45,146 bases of DNA from Microcoleus vaginatus WJT46-NPBG5 (lineage in GTDB: Bacteria > Cyanobacteriota > Cyanobacteriia > Cyanobacteriales > Oscillatoriaceae). The stretch is from contig JAHHHM010000015.1 in NCBI GenBank assembly GCA_019359355.1, forward strand, positions 1 to 45,146, given 5' to 3'. Below the pieces are notes generated by a model that searched no databases, was not told the DNA's origin, and worked only from the letters and a program-made list of their open reading frames with translations. Of this stretch, positions 44,523 to 45,146 are shown in pieces (the stretch's first letter is position 1; every line of letters starts with the position of its first letter). The translations under genes were made by a program, and so were the position numbers.

Positions 44523-45146
44523 TCATTTTTGAGGTTGAGCTGCCGGCTCAAAGGGGGTATATTTTCCTCCCAGAGATTCTACAATTGTGCAAGTATTCGC
44601 AACCATCATTTTGATATAAGAATCTCCCGCGCCGCCGGCAGCCCCAATTGAATCAGAATAAAGTTCATTCGGTGCTAATTTTACGCCCGATTCTTCCGCA
44701 ACTGTTGTAATCAGCGCCGGATTAATCGTTGTTTCTGCAAAAATTGCCGGCACACCCGCTGCTTTGACTGCATCCACTAATTTTCGCACAGTCTGGGCGC
44801 TCGGTTGCTCCTCGGTACTGATGCCAATCAATGTGCCGATAATTTTTATTTGATAAGCCTTTCCATAATATTGAAAAGCATCGTGGGTGGTAACGAGCCG
44901 GCGCTTCTCAGCGGGAATTGTCGCGATTTGTTTGCCAATCCAATTATCCAACTGTTTTAATTCCCCTGTCAGCCGCGTTGCATTTTGGGTGAATTTCTCT
45001 CGCTCTTCAGGTAAAAGCGAAATTAACTCATCTCGAATCACATTCACCATCTGAATCACATTTTTAACATCCCCCCAAACGTGCGGATCGGGGACTTTTT
45101 CTCCAGCTTTATCTAATTGCAAAGACTTGATAACTTCTCCCACCGG
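44523..45146 (-). CDS. Metal ABC-transporter substrate-binding protein (ZnuA/MntC/TroA family). Only the C-terminal part is in the window, and the gene continues past the window end.
   Basis: HDAFQYYG...IIG...EPSA..V..L...K..GV.AIF.E is the cluster A-I SBP pattern. The ORF is open to the end of the sequence. Confidence 0.65.
   Translation of the reverse strand, partial: PVGEVIKSLQLDKAGEKVPDPHVWGDVKNVIQMVNVIRDELISLLPEEREKFTQNATRLTGELKQLDNWIGKQIATIPAEKRRLVTTHDAFQYYGKAYQIKIIGTLIGISTEEQPSAQTVRKLVDAVKAAGVPAIFAETTINPALITTVAEESGVKLAPNELYSDSIGAAGGAGDSYIKMMVANTCTIVESLGGKYTPFEPAAQPQK

Overview
This is a cyanobacterial-type chromosomal window. Supporting signs are abundant GCCGGC, HIP1-like GCGATCGC sites, STRR-like heptamer repeats, and Psb32-like, SLH and DUF-type cyanobacterial proteins. 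It carries about 38 protein-coding genes and no rRNA or tRNA. Housekeeping genes include aspartate kinase with a duplicated ACT regulatory region, a LeuC-type aconitase-family dehydratase, aquaporin Z, gluconokinase, MobA, mannose-1-phosphate guanylyltransferase, an LCP-family envelope protein, a C5-cytosine DNA methyltransferase and a partial ZnuA-like binding protein. Signalling and envelope genes include an orphan histidine kinase, a roughly 1280-aa PAS-GGDEF-EAL protein, a Ser/Thr kinase fused to two FGE-sulfatase domains, an ABC1 kinase, a TolC-like outer-membrane protein, a large SBBP/RTX T1SS-type secreted protein, an SLH-domain protein, and an Amidase_2 plus C39-like peptidase pair. 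The most interesting locus is a minus-strand operon at 17.7-21.8 kb. It encodes an ECF/sigma-70-like protein (region-2-like and region-4-like segments), a DUF1822-like protein with a 4-bp start/stop overlap, and an 812-aa protein that joins a cytoplasmic CHAT caspase-like protease to one transmembrane helix and a periplasmic LivK-type ligand-binding domain. I propose this as a candidate ligand-gated, protease-controlled sigma-factor switch, conceptually parallel to the Craspase Csx29/Csx30/RpoE module but without CRISPR. Just upstream on the same strand is an odd membrane-anchored protein with a Ser/Tyr/Asp/Cys-rich low-complexity tail. Other notable items are a VOC/glyoxalase gene interrupted by a single in-frame TAG, a 10-unit heptanucleotide (STRR1-like) repeat abutting or inside the 5' end of the ABC1 kinase ORF, a 58-bp perfect tandem repeat with nested hairpins upstream of a TPR gene, and an in-frame 108-bp tandem duplication inside the kinase-FGE gene. 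Several ORF-track starts are TTG or GTG, so I moved starts to the first ATG with a plausible RBS where that was clear.
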